IMG/VR virus record: IMGVR_UViG_3300042991_000196
Coordinates: 1-59,494 of that record
Source of the DNA: a virus
Lineage: Duplodnaviria; Caudoviricetes
Direction: 5' to 3' (one strand)
Length of the DNA stretch: 59,494 nt
How positions within the stretch are numbered: the stretch's first letter is position 1; every line of letters starts with the position of its first letter. A model generated the notes under the pieces. The model saw nothing but the letters and a program-made list of their open reading frames with translations. It was not told the origin of the DNA and did not search any database. Of the stretch, positions 40,388 through 51,191 are shown one piece after another. A program made the translations under genes and the position numbers.

Positions 40388-43300
40388 ATGGCAGGACAAT
40401 TTGATGATATTTTCGGTATTGATACTACAACTGAAAATGATACTGCTAAGACTGGTGGATCATTTGATGATCTATTTGGCGTAAATACTCAAACTGTTAC
40501 TGATGTACCATCTCGAGGTCTTGGTGGATTTCTGAAAGATACAGCTATAGATGTGACAAAAGGAGCTGTTGGTTTAGGTGAAGCAGCTGTTGGACTTGCA
40601 GATATCCCTACAGGTAATCTTGTCGGTAAAGGTTTATCATCTATCGGATATGATCCAAAGGCAACTAAAGAAATACTTGAATCAGGTTATAGTGAAGCAA
40701 GACAATTAGCAAATAAAAATGTTGCTGATGCAAGTGGATTTATTGATACAGCAAAAGCACTTGTTCAGAATCCTTCTGCTGCATTTGGTGCTGTTGTTGA
40801 ATCATCTCCTATGTCATTAGGTGGTGCTGGAATTGCTCGCAGTGTTGGTCAAAAACTACTTGGAACTGCTTTAGCTAATGCAGAAATTAAAGTAGGCACA
40901 GAAGCAGCTAAAAAGTTTGCTACCGAATTTTTCAAGCGTCCAGATGTAATGGCCAAAATTATTGGTGCTGGGGCTGCTTCTGAAGGTGCAATGACAACTG
41001 GCATTATTCAGGAGCAAGGTCGTCAAGAAGGTAAGGACTGGAGTGAGACGATTCTTCCTGCTGCTGCTGCAGGTATTGGTACAGCAGCTATAGGTGTATT
41101 ATCATCTAAAGTCCCAGGATTTAAGGATGCTGAAGCATCATTTGCTAAAGCTGGACTTGTCAGTGGTGAGCGAACAAGTTTGTTATCTGCTGGTAAAGAC
41201 ATTGCAAAGACAATGTTTAAGGAAGGTGTTTTAGAGGAAATGCCTCAATCAGGTCAAGAGCAGATATTTACAAATCTTGCGCTGGATAGACCTTGGGATG
41301 AGGGTGTTAAAGAAGCAATGGCTACAGGTATGGTAGTAGGTGCATTACAAGGCGGTGGTATGGAAACCACAAGTCAGGGTATAAATGCGCTTCAACCTCA
41401 GCCACTTACATTAGATCAAAAACTAACTAACCAGGCATCAAATATTTTTAGTCAAGGTCAAGAAAGAGTTAATGAAAATACTCAAGCATTAACTTCAATG
41501 ATAGCATCAAATGAAGCCCTCTTAAATGATCCTCAAAAGTTTGATGCTAAAGTAAAAGAATTAGATATTGAACCTGATGCGTTAATTGCTCAGCTTACTG
41601 AAGAAAATAGTTTTAATAAAAACTTATTAAATAAAATTAGCACACGTATTGCTGAACAAGCTAAGGCAAAACAAGAAGAATATAATAAATTATCTCCTGA
41701 AGAAAAAGCTGTCCGAGATGCTACTGATAGACTTAATTCACAAAGAGCAGCAAATACTAAAAAACTTGATGAACAAACTGAACAAACTAATCTTGATGAA
41801 CAAGTTAAACTTATTGATGATCAAGAAGCATTAGCTACTAAACAATATTATGCCGAGCAAGATCCAACAAAAAAGAAGCTCCTTGCTAATAATGTATTTG
41901 CACTTAGAGATCAAAGAGATAAACTTGTCAATACTTCATCTCAAGATCAACAAGCAACTTCAGATCAACAAGCAACTATTGATCAAAAATCTCTTCTTTA
42001 TAATCAGCAACAAAATGCACCAAAACTTAATTCTCCTGATAAAGCTACTCGTGAAGCAGCTCGAATTGAACAAGAAAAAATAACTGCTGAGATGACTCGA
42101 TTAGTCGATGAGTATCAGGCAGGTAATGCTAAGGGTTGGATGAATAATCCTGACAATGTATCTCAAGATGGTCAAGGATTATTATCTGAAGTACAACAAA
42201 AACAAGCATCACTTGATTATAATCAGCAAAGAAATACTCCAGTTCAGCAGCCAGTAACTCAGCAGCCAACTGGATGGGTTACTAATAAGACATCTGATGT
42301 AAATAATCGTTTTATTGGAAATGAAATAAATAAACTTTCATCTACATATGATCCTGAACCTCCTGAAAATTTAGCTGAAATTAAATCTACATCACAACAA
42401 ATTGGGAATAATGATACAAGTTCGTTCATAAATGAACAATCAGATGAACAATCAAAGCAAGTTCAAGAAGTTATTTCATTAACAAAACAATTAGCTATAA
42501 ATGAACAGCAACTTACTTCATTAGGTAATCAATTAAATAATACAACTGATTTAAATGAATTAAATATTTTACATCAAGAGATTAATGATCTTTACACACA
42601 GCAAGAAAATTTACTGCAGCAACAATTAAAAAATCAGGAAGAACAACAATTTGAAGATCAAATAACTCAACCTGAAATAAATGCAGAATCTTCAAATGTA
42701 AACTTTCAAACAACTGAAAATCAGGAAAGTTTAGGTAAAGTCAGCCTTGAAGATATTAAAAAAGCTTTTCCAAATCAAGAAATCAGTCAAGCAGCTGATG
42801 GGACTATTTCAGTTAGATTTAAGAATGGCAAAGGACTGACAATCAATAGCATTCAGAATGCTGGGCAAGGTTTTGTTAAGTTAGCTATTGAAACTGGTCA
42901 GATGTCAAAAAATGGAAAAATTCTTGGCATTACTATAAAAAATGAAATTCTTCTTGATGCAAACTTTGCTGATAATAAAACTCTATGGCATGAAAATAAG
43001 CATGTTCTTGATAATCTTGGAATAATTACTTCAGCAGATGATTCAGCATTAAATCGTGAATTTAATAAACTTCGCAAAGCAGGTAAGTTAGAATTTGCTC
43101 TTAGCACTCATGAAGATCCAGTTCAGCGAATGATTGAGAATCGTGCAAATATGTTTGCTCAAATCATGGTCAATCGAGAAGCATATCGAAATACTCCATT
43201 CGGTAAAATCATTCAACGAGTTATGGATTTCTTTCAACAATTACTTTCATTTGGTAATCAATCAATCGCAGGCTTAGCGCGCGAAGTAGAAAGCGGTAAG

Positions 43301-46300
43301 ATTTATGAGCGTCCAGTAGCTGAAAAAATCGCTGCTGAAAAAATGAAGAATCAAAATACATTTAAGAAGTGGTTTCTTGGAAGTAAAGTTGTTGATGAAA
43401 ATGGTGAACCTATAGTTGTTTATCATGGAACAAATAAGAATTTTAAATCTTTTGATACTATGTTTACAGGAGCATCATGGTTTTCTACAACACCTGAGTA
43501 TGCTAATCTTTACGCTAAAACAGATCAAGAGGGGGGAAAAATATATCCAGTTTATTTAAATATTAATAATCCTGCTGATTTAGGTTTTAGAGATTCTTCA
43601 ACATTAGTAAAAAGAAAAGATATTGAAGAACGAGTAAGACAACTGATCCTCAATGCCTTTGAAAATAAACAAACAGATAAAGAAACAGCTAAATATGCTA
43701 TTGAAATAATTAAAAGTGATGAATCACAAGATTTTATTCCTGCATGGGAATGGTTACAATATGATGCTGTTTTTATAGATGCCTTAAAGGCTGTTGGATA
43801 TGATGGACTTGCTTCAAGAGAAGGTACTAATGGTAGTGTTATAACTTACGGAGCTTTTGAACCAACACAAATAAAATCAATCTTCAATGATAATTTTGAT
43901 GGTACTGATCCGAACTTTCAAACAATTCCAATTAAAGAAGAAAATTTACCTCAAGAAATTAAAAATATTCTTAAATTACCTCAATGGAAAAAAATTAAAG
44001 ACGCAAATCAATTGTTTAGAAATAAAGAATTTTTTGATAAAACTGGCTTTTGGTATGGTAAAGATGGTTTGTGGCGCTATGAATTAAATAAAGAAGATCT
44101 TAATATTGATTTTGATAAATTATTTTCAAGTGTAAAACTTCCTGTAAATTTATCAAATGTTATGAATATTAATGCATTAAAAAATAAAGTGCCTAATATT
44201 GAACAAACAAAAATTAACCTAAATGCAGATGAGTCTTATTATAGCACTGATGAAGATATTATTTTTTTATCTCGCAATAATCCTGATATTTTTTATCATG
44301 AATTACAACATGCAATTAATCATAAATTACAAACATTTCCAGGTACAAGTATAGATTATGAAGAATCACGTATTTTAGCACCTAAAATTATAGCACGATA
44401 TAAAGAAATAAAGAAAAAACTAAGAATCTCTAAAGATAATTCAGTAGAACAATTAAATGATTTAGTAGATCAATTTGATGCGTTAATTGATACTATGGAG
44501 AATTATATAAAAAATGATACTTATTATTTACCTTATCAAGAACGTACTTATATAAATAAAGATATTGCAAATTTCTTATTTTCTATTGGACAAAATGAAG
44601 CTGCAAAAATAGCCAAATTTCCTTTTGATAGTACCTTAAAACAAGGAATTAAAAATTATTATACTAAGCCAGGAGAAATGGAGGCCAGATTAACAGAAAT
44701 ACGCATGGCAATGTCTAAAGAAGAAAAAAGATTAACTCCTCCATGGGAAACATTAGATGCAATGTTACTTAATGAAGGTTATATGTCTAAGTATGGCAAT
44801 GCATTATTTCAAGTTAGTGAAAGCACTGAGCAGAAAATTCCTCAAGCAGATTACGATGCCTTGAAGGAAACAGAGAATAATCTCCTGCAAAATTTTGCTC
44901 AACAAGCAAGAATAAAATTTCATGAAGTTAAACTTCTTGCAGATAAAGCATTTGGCGCAATATCAACAAGACTTAGAAATGTTAATCCAGAATTATCAGA
45001 ACGTATAAGACAACTTGATTTTGATACAAGTCAGAAAATCATTGCTGTACTTAAATCAGCTCAACCAATTCTTGATGCAGTTCATGGGACTAAAAATAAA
45101 CTTGGTATTCGTCAAGGTGGCATGACAGCAGGGGATAAGATCGAATGGAATTGGGCAAGACTTAATTCTGATCAAGGTAAAATTGAACAGCTTGCACGAA
45201 AATATAACATTACTAAACAACTTGCAATTTTACGTGAAAAACTAAATACTATCCGTCAAGAAGCTATCGAAGTAGGATATGATGTAGGTTTTATTGATGA
45301 ATATTGGCCACGAGTAATCAAAGATCAGGAAGGATTTCTTCAGGCAACTCAAGAAATTTCACAACGACCTGTATTTACTGAAGCAATTAGGGCACGAGCA
45401 AAGAAACTTGGAATAACTCAAGAAGCATTTGAACGTGATTTTCCTCAAGTTAAAGCAGACATCATTAGCAACTTAATTCTCAATCAATCATCAGGAATTG
45501 GCGGGCCTGGTAATATTCAATCTCGTGTATTTGAAACCATCAAAAATGAATATGCACCATTTTATATGGATGCTGATGCTGCCTTAATGCAATATGTTTA
45601 TAGCATGACTAAAAAGATTGAAGCCAGAAGATTCTTTGGTAAAGTTCCTACAAGAATCAGTAACCTGAAAACATCTAATACACAAAAACAGGCAGAACTA
45701 ATAAAACTTGCACAGCTTGCTGATATGGCTCGTGCTGAAAATCCTGAAAGACTCATAGAAATAGAAAGGCGAATCACTCAGCTACGAGAAAACATTGCTC
45801 GTAACAATCAAGACTTAGAAGCATATCAAATTACAAATGATTATACTGAGAACATTGGTTCTTACATTGATCAAATGATGCTTGATGGACGAATTGAAAA
45901 GAAAGATGAAAAGATGGTTCGTGATATTCTTGATGCAAGATTTCATGAGCAAGGTACTCATGGTGTAGTTAATGCAGCTAAAAATGCTGCTTATATTGAT
46001 GTTATGGGTAATTTTGCATCAGCAATTACTCAAATTGGTGACTTAGCTTGGGCCATGTATGTTGGTAAGGCATGGACACCAAGTAACTTTTTAGGTATTA
46101 GTAAAAATCTTCTTCAAGCAATAGCAGGTGAATCAAAGGTAACTAAAGAAGATCTTGGTATTGAACGAATTGCTCAAGAATTTGCTGATGGAACAACAAT
46201 GAGTAAAGCAGTCAGTAGAGTGTTTAAGATTGTTGGACTTGAAAAAATTGATTCGATTGGTAAAGAAGTCCTCATCAACAATGCTTTAGACCAATTCAAA

Positions 46301-47272
46301 ATTCAAGCAAATGCAAATCCAGATGCATTAGCAAAAAGAATCAGCCCAATCTTTAGAAATAAATCAGCTGATGTTGTTCAGGAGATTTTAGCAACTACGC
46401 CATCTGATAATGTTAAGCTGTTACTTTATTCCAAATTACTTGACTTTCAACCAGCTGCTCTTTCTGAAATGCCTGAGGTATATCTTAAGGCAGGAAATGG
46501 TCGAGTAGCTTACATGTTAAAAACATATACTTTGAAACAACTTGATATATTTAGACGAGAAGTTGTGCATAACCTGAAATCTAAGGATCCTCAGCAAATA
46601 GCTCAAGGATTAATAAACATGATTCAATTAGCATCATTACTTATACTTGCTAATGCTGGTGCAGATGAATTAAAAGATCTTTTGCTTGGTAAAGAAATGA
46701 AATTTTCTGACCATGTAATTGAAAATCTTTTAACTATGGGAGGTGCATCAAGACATATGAAGATGCAAGTAACACAGGATGGAATTGGTTCTGCGGCACT
46801 TCAGCAAATGCTACCACCAGTAAAATTTATCAATGCTTTAAGCAAAGATGCGCATGAAGCATATGAAGATTATGTATCTGGTGATGTAAGTAATTTCGAT
46901 CATGCAAGAATCATTGATTCGATTCCTGTTGCAGGTAAACTTTATTATTGGCACGCTGGACGAGGTGCAAAGAACAAGCAATCTATTGCTGAACAAGCAT
47001 TTAAAAAAGCAAGCATAGATGCAAGACTCTTTAAGAGACAACTTGAAAATTCTCAAGATAAAAGATTGTTCTTACAATCAAATATTGATCGACTTAAGCA
47101 ATCAAAATTACAAGAGAATTTTCAAGCTGCATTACATAAGAATAAAGCAAAAATAAATAAGTTAGAAAAATTACCCCTAACAGTAAATGTTCAAACTATG
47201 CTTGGTCAATATAAAGCACAGCGTGAACAAATTATGCAAAGCTACCTCAATGCAGCAAAAACAATCCAATAA
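40388..47272 (+). CDS. Giant ejection protein with polyvalent domains (ART-like, LPD23-like, two HExxH)
   Basis: Gly/Ala-rich N-terminus; WHENKH; FKKWF.GSKVVDENGEP.VVYHGT..GYDG..QIKS; TGFWYGKDGLWRYE..HELQH..GEMEAR. Confidence 0.8.
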   Translation: MAGQFDDIFGIDTTTENDTAKTGGSFDDLFGVNTQTVTDVPSRGLGGFLKDTAIDVTKGAVGLGEAAVGLADIPTGNLVGKGLSSIGYDPKATKEILESGYSEARQLANKNVADASGFIDTAKALVQNPSAAFGAVVESSPMSLGGAGIARSVGQKLLGTALANAEIKVGTEAAKKFATEFFKRPDVMAKIIGAGAASEGAMTTGIIQEQGRQEGKDWSETILPAAAAGIGTAAIGVLSSKVPGFKDAEASFAKAGLVSGERTSLLSAGKDIAKTMFKEGVLEEMPQSGQEQIFTNLALDRPWDEGVKEAMATGMVVGALQGGGMETTSQGINALQPQPLTLDQKLTNQASNIFSQGQERVNENTQALTSMIASNEALLNDPQKFDAKVKELDIEPDALIAQLTEENSFNKNLLNKISTRIAEQAKAKQEEYNKLSPEEKAVRDATDRLNSQRAANTKKLDEQTEQTNLDEQVKLIDDQEALATKQYYAEQDPTKKKLLANNVFALRDQRDKLVNTSSQDQQATSDQQATIDQKSLLYNQQQNAPKLNSPDKATREAARIEQEKITAEMTRLVDEYQAGNAKGWMNNPDNVSQDGQGLLSEVQQKQASLDYNQQRNTPVQQPVTQQPTGWVTNKTSDVNNRFIGNEINKLSSTYDPEPPENLAEIKSTSQQIGNNDTSSFINEQSDEQSKQVQEVISLTKQLAINEQQLTSLGNQLNNTTDLNELNILHQEINDLYTQQENLLQQQLKNQEEQQFEDQITQPEINAESSNVNFQTTENQESLGKVSLEDIKKAFPNQEISQAADGTISVRFKNGKGLTINSIQNAGQGFVKLAIETGQMSKNGKILGITIKNEILLDANFADNKTLWHENKHVLDNLGIITSADDSALNREFNKLRKAGKLEFALSTHEDPVQRMIENRANMFAQIMVNREAYRNTPFGKIIQRVMDFFQQLLSFGNQSIAGLAREVESGKIYERPVAEKIAAEKMKNQNTFKKWFLGSKVVDENGEPIVVYHGTNKNFKSFDTMFTGASWFSTTPEYANLYAKTDQEGGKIYPVYLNINNPADLGFRDSSTLVKRKDIEERVRQLILNAFENKQTDKETAKYAIEIIKSDESQDFIPAWEWLQYDAVFIDALKAVGYDGLASREGTNGSVITYGAFEPTQIKSIFNDNFDGTDPNFQTIPIKEENLPQEIKNILKLPQWKKIKDANQLFRNKEFFDKTGFWYGKDGLWRYELNKEDLNIDFDKLFSSVKLPVNLSNVMNINALKNKVPNIEQTKINLNADESYYSTDEDIIFLSRNNPDIFYHELQHAINHKLQTFPGTSIDYEESRILAPKIIARYKEIKKKLRISKDNSVEQLNDLVDQFDALIDTMENYIKNDTYYLPYQERTYINKDIANFLFSIGQNEAAKIAKFPFDSTLKQGIKNYYTKPGEMEARLTEIRMAMSKEEKRLTPPWETLDAMLLNEGYMSKYGNALFQVSESTEQKIPQADYDALKETENNLLQNFAQQARIKFHEVKLLADKAFGAISTRLRNVNPELSERIRQLDFDTSQKIIAVLKSAQPILDAVHGTKNKLGIRQGGMTAGDKIEWNWARLNSDQGKIEQLARKYNITKQLAILREKLNTIRQEAIEVGYDVGFIDEYWPRVIKDQEGFLQATQEISQRPVFTEAIRARAKKLGITQEAFERDFPQVKADIISNLILNQSSGIGGPGNIQSRVFETIKNEYAPFYMDADAALMQYVYSMTKKIEARRFFGKVPTRISNLKTSNTQKQAELIKLAQLADMARAENPERLIEIERRITQLRENIARNNQDLEAYQITNDYTENIGSYIDQMMLDGRIEKKDEKMVRDILDARFHEQGTHGVVNAAKNAAYIDVMGNFASAITQIGDLAWAMYVGKAWTPSNFLGISKNLLQAIAGESKVTKEDLGIERIAQEFADGTTMSKAVSRVFKIVGLEKIDSIGKEVLINNALDQFKIQANANPDALAKRISPIFRNKSADVVQEILATTPSDNVKLLLYSKLLDFQPAALSEMPEVYLKAGNGRVAYMLKTYTLKQLDIFRREVVHNLKSKDPQQIAQGLINMIQLASLLILANAGADELKDLLLGKEMKFSDHVIENLLTMGGASRHMKMQVTQDGIGSAALQQMLPPVKFINALSKDAHEAYEDYVSGDVSNFDHARIIDSIPVAGKLYYWHAGRGAKNKQSIAEQAFKKASIDARLFKRQLENSQDKRLFLQSNIDRLKQSKLQENFQAALHKNKAKINKLEKLPLTVNVQTMLGQYKAQREQIMQSYLNAAKTIQ
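42423..42438. promoter_or_regulatory. YGTTCA-N4-TGAACR palindrome copy 5
   Basis: cgttcataaatgaaca, exact reverse complement of copy 4. Confidence 0.7.
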
Positions 47273-47275
47273 ATA

Positions 47276-47318
47276 AAAATATGGTATAATATAGTTTCAT
47301 TATATTATACCATATTTT
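47276..47318. terminator. Perfect 18-bp AT-rich hairpin between convergent arms
   Basis: aaaatatggtataatata-gtttcat-tatattataccatatttt. Confidence 0.75.
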
Positions 47319-47329
47319 ATCTAACACTA

Positions 47330-48202
47330 TTAAAATTCTAACCAAGGCATCATGTTCATAACTCTTTGCATATCTGGATGAGCATCTTTCGCTGTGCGTA
47401 ACTTTCTTATGTGCATCCATTCATCCATGTCAGCAGTAACAATTATTTCTGTTTTAAGCGCATTTGGAAGAACTGCTCTGGCTTGTTGTGGTTTAAGCTC
47501 ATTACTTCGCAAATGCTGGTAATCAATTTCAGCTTGTTCACAGCATTGTATAAATGAGTATTTATTTACTTTTGACCAAGAATCAAAATTATCAGGTTCA
47601 ATAAATTCCATATCTTTACCAGCATAATTTACATACCTGGTAGATTCTTGTGCAAAAGAACATAGTCTATGTCGGACTAATTCATGACTAACTCCGCGAT
47701 CACAAATAAATTTAGCTGAATATCGGTGAAGTCTTTGTGGAATTTCATCATGAGGACAAACTGCCCAAACAGATCCAGGTGGGTTAAAAATATGAATATC
47801 AAATAAATCAGTATAAACTTCGCCAAACACACTGAATATTGAATCATACCAACCAATCATATTTCCTCGTTGATACCAAGCTATAAGATTTCCGCCAATA
47901 TAAATATAATCATCATCTTGAGTAATATTAAGAAATTTCCCACTCAGCGATTCTATTATAGTAATTAAGTTTGGAATATGTATCGTTGGGTATGGCATCC
48001 TAAGAACAAAATTTGAATGTTCAACCATTGCCAAATGCTTATTCTTGATTAACCTTGAGACAAACTTTTTAGCTCCATCAGGCGTAATCTTATCTTCTGA
48101 CTTATAACAAGTTCGTCCAGCTATCTCTATAAATTTAATTACTTCATCACAATCAGTTGGAACTGCCCCAAAGAACTCAACACTTGGTTTTATAATTTTC
48201 AT
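47330..48202 (-). CDS. thyX: FAD-dependent thymidylate synthase
   Basis: GRTCYKSE, EH, RGVSHELVRHR..SFAQESTRY, ARAVLPN. Confidence 0.95.
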   Translation of the reverse strand: MKIIKPSVEFFGAVPTDCDEVIKFIEIAGRTCYKSEDKITPDGAKKFVSRLIKNKHLAMVEHSNFVLRMPYPTIHIPNLITIIESLSGKFLNITQDDDYIYIGGNLIAWYQRGNMIGWYDSIFSVFGEVYTDLFDIHIFNPPGSVWAVCPHDEIPQRLHRYSAKFICDRGVSHELVRHRLCSFAQESTRYVNYAGKDMEFIEPDNFDSWSKVNKYSFIQCCEQAEIDYQHLRSNELKPQQARAVLPNALKTEIIVTADMDEWMHIRKLRTAKDAHPDMQRVMNMMPWLEF

Positions 48203-48204
48203 TG

Positions 48205-48465
48205 TTAATCTTCTTCATAGTAAATAGGGCCATCATAAGGTGCACAATTAATATAGTCTTCTTCAGCTGCAAATTCACAATGCTTTACTTCAACATAGCC
48301 ATCACCAAGTAATATTCTACCACAATTTAAACAAACATCAACATCATAATCATCATCATCAAACTCATCATCAACCTCCTCATCATAAGCATCACTATCA
48401 TCAAACTCTGGTATCATTGCATCATATCTTTCTTGTGCTACATCCATCTGTTTTTTACTAATCAT
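48205..48465 (-). CDS. Highly acidic small protein with CxxC
   Basis: D/E tract then CLNCG; AAGGAG RBS. Confidence 0.65.
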   Translation of the reverse strand: MISKKQMDVAQERYDAMIPEFDDSDAYDEEVDDEFDDDDYDVDVCLNCGRILLGDGYVEVKHCEFAAEEDYINCAPYDGPIYYEED

Positions 48466-48489
48466 AATTAAGTCTCCTTAATAAGTTTT

Positions 48490-49506
48490 TTAACCTTTTG
48501 ATTTAATATTGCAAACATATTGTTTCTTCTTACATTTAATTGGACATGGTTTAACAGGGTTAAGTTTTATTAATTCTTTTCGATAATCAAGATAAATATC
48601 ATCCCAATCTGGCACATGCATTTTTAAGTAAGCTAAAATATCTTTCCCTGATCTACTTGCACAATGTCCATGGTGGCACTTAAAACTCATATAACCATCG
48701 GCCAGAATAAATACTGTAGCTCGATTATCTGATGGATCAGTATGTTCATTAGCCCAAGGACAATTAATATCATAATGACCTTCATCAAGTATATTTTTAA
48801 TTTCTAATAATTTCCATGCAGGATGCTGTGAGGCATAATGATCTTCAAGGAAATCATAATCACCTGAGCTAAAGCTCTTGTGTGATTGACTCAAATCAAT
48901 TTCAAATGCATCAGCCAAGTCAGTGATGCTGATTTTAACTTCTGGCTGCCAAATAATCATATTGCATTTGAAAATCTTTCCAGAATTTAACTTGACCTTA
49001 CTTTTCTTAGTGTTATATCCTTCAGGCAATCGTACATATCTTGTTACGCCCAACATTCCTGAATCAATTCCATCAGGGCAAATTTTATGCACTAAACCAG
49101 TCAAAAGATTCTCTACTAATGAGCGTTCTTTACATGGGTCAACCAATATGTATCCCCATTGCTGAGAACCTGGACTTGTTTCTAATATCCAACTTGGTGC
49201 TGGTTTATCAAGCATTAAATCCAAAGGAATTTTTTCTCCAACATCATCAACTACTATGCAATGCGTTGATTTGAAAAGTTCTTTCCTTCGCCTGGCACCA
49301 TCCGCAGTTTCGTGAAATAAACTAATTGTAAAATATTGATTTGCAAATTTACGAAGTTCGCTATTCACATAATAATTTCCTAACCATGCTTGTTTGCTTT
49401 CATCAGTAAACCCTATTCCAGGATCATGGAAGAAATCAGTCACATGAGCCCAAATGAAACTTGGACCAAATATCGCCTGAAGAAATTCCTTATTAGATAT
49501 ATTCAT
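48490..49506 (-). CDS. RepB-type (AEP) DNA primase with C-terminal Zn finger
   Basis: VVDDV, PSWILETSPGSQQWGY, RYVRLP.G.N, CPW..H..CHHGHC. Confidence 0.85.
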   Translation of the reverse strand: MNISNKEFLQAIFGPSFIWAHVTDFFHDPGIGFTDESKQAWLGNYYVNSELRKFANQYFTISLFHETADGARRRKELFKSTHCIVVDDVGEKIPLDLMLDKPAPSWILETSPGSQQWGYILVDPCKERSLVENLLTGLVHKICPDGIDSGMLGVTRYVRLPEGYNTKKSKVKLNSGKIFKCNMIIWQPEVKISITDLADAFEIDLSQSHKSFSSGDYDFLEDHYASQHPAWKLLEIKNILDEGHYDINCPWANEHTDPSDNRATVFILADGYMSFKCHHGHCASRSGKDILAYLKMHVPDWDDIYLDYRKELIKLNPVKPCPIKCKKKQYVCNIKSKG

Positions 49507-49534
49507 GAAATTCTTGCTTTAGCTTTGATCTTGT

Positions 49535-49550
49535 CGTTCATTCGTGAACA
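49535..49550. promoter_or_regulatory. YGTTCA-N4-TGAACR palindrome copy 6
   Basis: cgttcattcgtgaaca, ~30 bp upstream of primase start. Confidence 0.7.
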
Positions 49551-49963
49551 CAACTTGTTTCGTGTTTTTCGAGTTTAAGTATAAGTTTCTTGACACTTTT
49601 TTCTAACTTATAAAGTCTTTCAAGTTCATCAGCGGCCTGATATCTTGCTTTACACATTTCATCTACGTTAACATTATAAGGAAGTCGTAAGTAATGTAAC
49701 AATGTTTCTTTATTCATAAATTCTTTAGATGTAAATTTTTCATTTATAAGTGGCTTAAATTGATCTGGAGTACAAATGATCATTGTATTTGGGCTTTTAT
49801 CAATGTGACCTATCTCATAATTTCCAGGAAAATTTTTTGCTTTATATTTAATTATTCCTTTCCATCCTTTTTTAGCTATAAGATTTCCAGGATAAGGTTC
49901 AGTAAAAATATCTTGAGTAAAAATTACTGGAGTACCTACAACATAGTCTTGGTCGTGATCCAT
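49538..49963 (-). CDS. Hypothetical protein
   Basis: AGGAG RBS; AADELERL C-terminal helix. Confidence 0.65.
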   Translation of the reverse strand: MDHDQDYVVGTPVIFTQDIFTEPYPGNLIAKKGWKGIIKYKAKNFPGNYEIGHIDKSPNTMIICTPDQFKPLINEKFTSKEFMNKETLLHYLRLPYNVNVDEMCKARYQAADELERLYKLEKSVKKLILKLEKHETSCVHE

Positions 49964-49977
49964 TTAATTCTCCTGAG

Positions 49978-50490
49978 TTAATTTTTTAATTGATTCCAAA
50001 TAGCCTTAGCCGAGTTTACTTCAAATGCTTTAATATAATTAGGATTGATGATGAATGAAAACTTTCCAGGCTTTGTCAAAATATTAACAATTCTTGCAGT
50101 TAAAGCCTTATCATGCATTTCTTTCGGAATAGCCATCGGATAGATTTTGCGTATCAAACCAACAGCTTTAATTGTAACTAATCGGCGATAAATAACTCCT
50201 TGAGCATCCTTATCTAAATCTTCCCAATGATCCATTGATGCGATACGTAAGTTTCTATCAGAATTGTTTTTAATTTCATTAAAAAGTTCTTGCTCTTTTT
50301 TTGATAATGAAATTATTAAATCAAGAAGATCCATGTAAGATATCCTCGTTGTTGATGATTTTAACACTCCTATCGGAGTAAAAGCACCAAAATCATTTTT
50401 GTACTTTTCTTCAATAGTCACTTTATAACTGCACTCCTCAGTACCATTAAAGTATAAATTCTCTGCTCTTTTGATGTAAACATTTTCCAT
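49978..50490 (-). CDS. RepL-like winged-helix protein (paralogue 1)
   Basis: LSKKEQELFNEIK..GLIRK..FIINP. Confidence 0.55.
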   Translation of the reverse strand: MENVYIKRAENLYFNGTEECSYKVTIEEKYKNDFGAFTPIGVLKSSTTRISYMDLLDLIISLSKKEQELFNEIKNNSDRNLRIASMDHWEDLDKDAQGVIYRRLVTIKAVGLIRKIYPMAIPKEMHDKALTARIVNILTKPGKFSFIINPNYIKAFEVNSAKAIWNQLKN

Positions 50491-50527
50491 AAGGATTCCT
50501 CAAAAAGGTTAAATTTGAATAATCCTT

Positions 50528-50556
50528 ACTATAACCTACGAGGGTCTTTTTGTCAA
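50528..50556 (-). promoter_or_regulatory. sigma70-type promoter
   Basis: TTGACA-17-TATAGT. Confidence 0.85.
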
Positions 50557-50722
50557 CCCTTAAAATACATTGACGGGTTATTTTATTTACCTAAGCAAAA
50601 TGCCGTAAGTGGTTGAAATTCTTACAAAATAAACGAGTTAGGTTACACTAATTTAACATACTTAGTGTAAATAGACCGCTATGGGCCACTGATGAACAAC
50701 CAGTTAAACTGATCTAAAAGTT

Positions 50723-51178
50723 TTAACTTTCATTTGATTTTTCTTTTGCAGCTTTTAATAAATTCCAGATCTGTTTAGCCATTTCATATTTCCATGGAAT
50801 AATCAACCGTGGGTTTATCATATAAGTATATCGTTGAGGCCGATATAAAATATTTCTCATCTCATCTTGCCCAGGATCAGTAATCTTTATCGGAATAACT
50901 TTCATGATTAAATTAGCTTCAATCAAATGTTTTAATCTAATATAAATATTACTCATATTTTGATGCTCCATGAAATTTGTCATAACAGCAATATTTGTTC
51001 GACTTAAAGAAGCATTTTTAATTTCAGTGAATAGATGACGTTCTGATTTTGATACAGTATCAAATAAATCAAAAAGATCCATAAAGGAGCTCCTTGATTC
51101 AAGTTGATGCAAAGTTCCTACCATACTGTATGGCGGATAGTGTTCCTTATAGGTTTGTTTCTTTGTAGTTATAGTCAT
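50723..51178 (-). CDS. RepL-like winged-helix protein (paralogue 2)
   Basis: VSKSERHLFTEIK..NLIMK..YMINP. Confidence 0.55.
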   Translation of the reverse strand: MTITTKKQTYKEHYPPYSMVGTLHQLESRSSFMDLFDLFDTVSKSERHLFTEIKNASLSRTNIAVMTNFMEHQNMSNIYIRLKHLIEANLIMKVIPIKITDPGQDEMRNILYRPQRYTYMINPRLIIPWKYEMAKQIWNLLKAAKEKSNES

Positions 51179-51191
51179 TTCATTCTCTCCG

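Noticed and set aside
40388-47272. N4-like virion RNA polymerase
   Set aside because: No RNA polymerase motifs recognised, and early genes use sigma70 promoters
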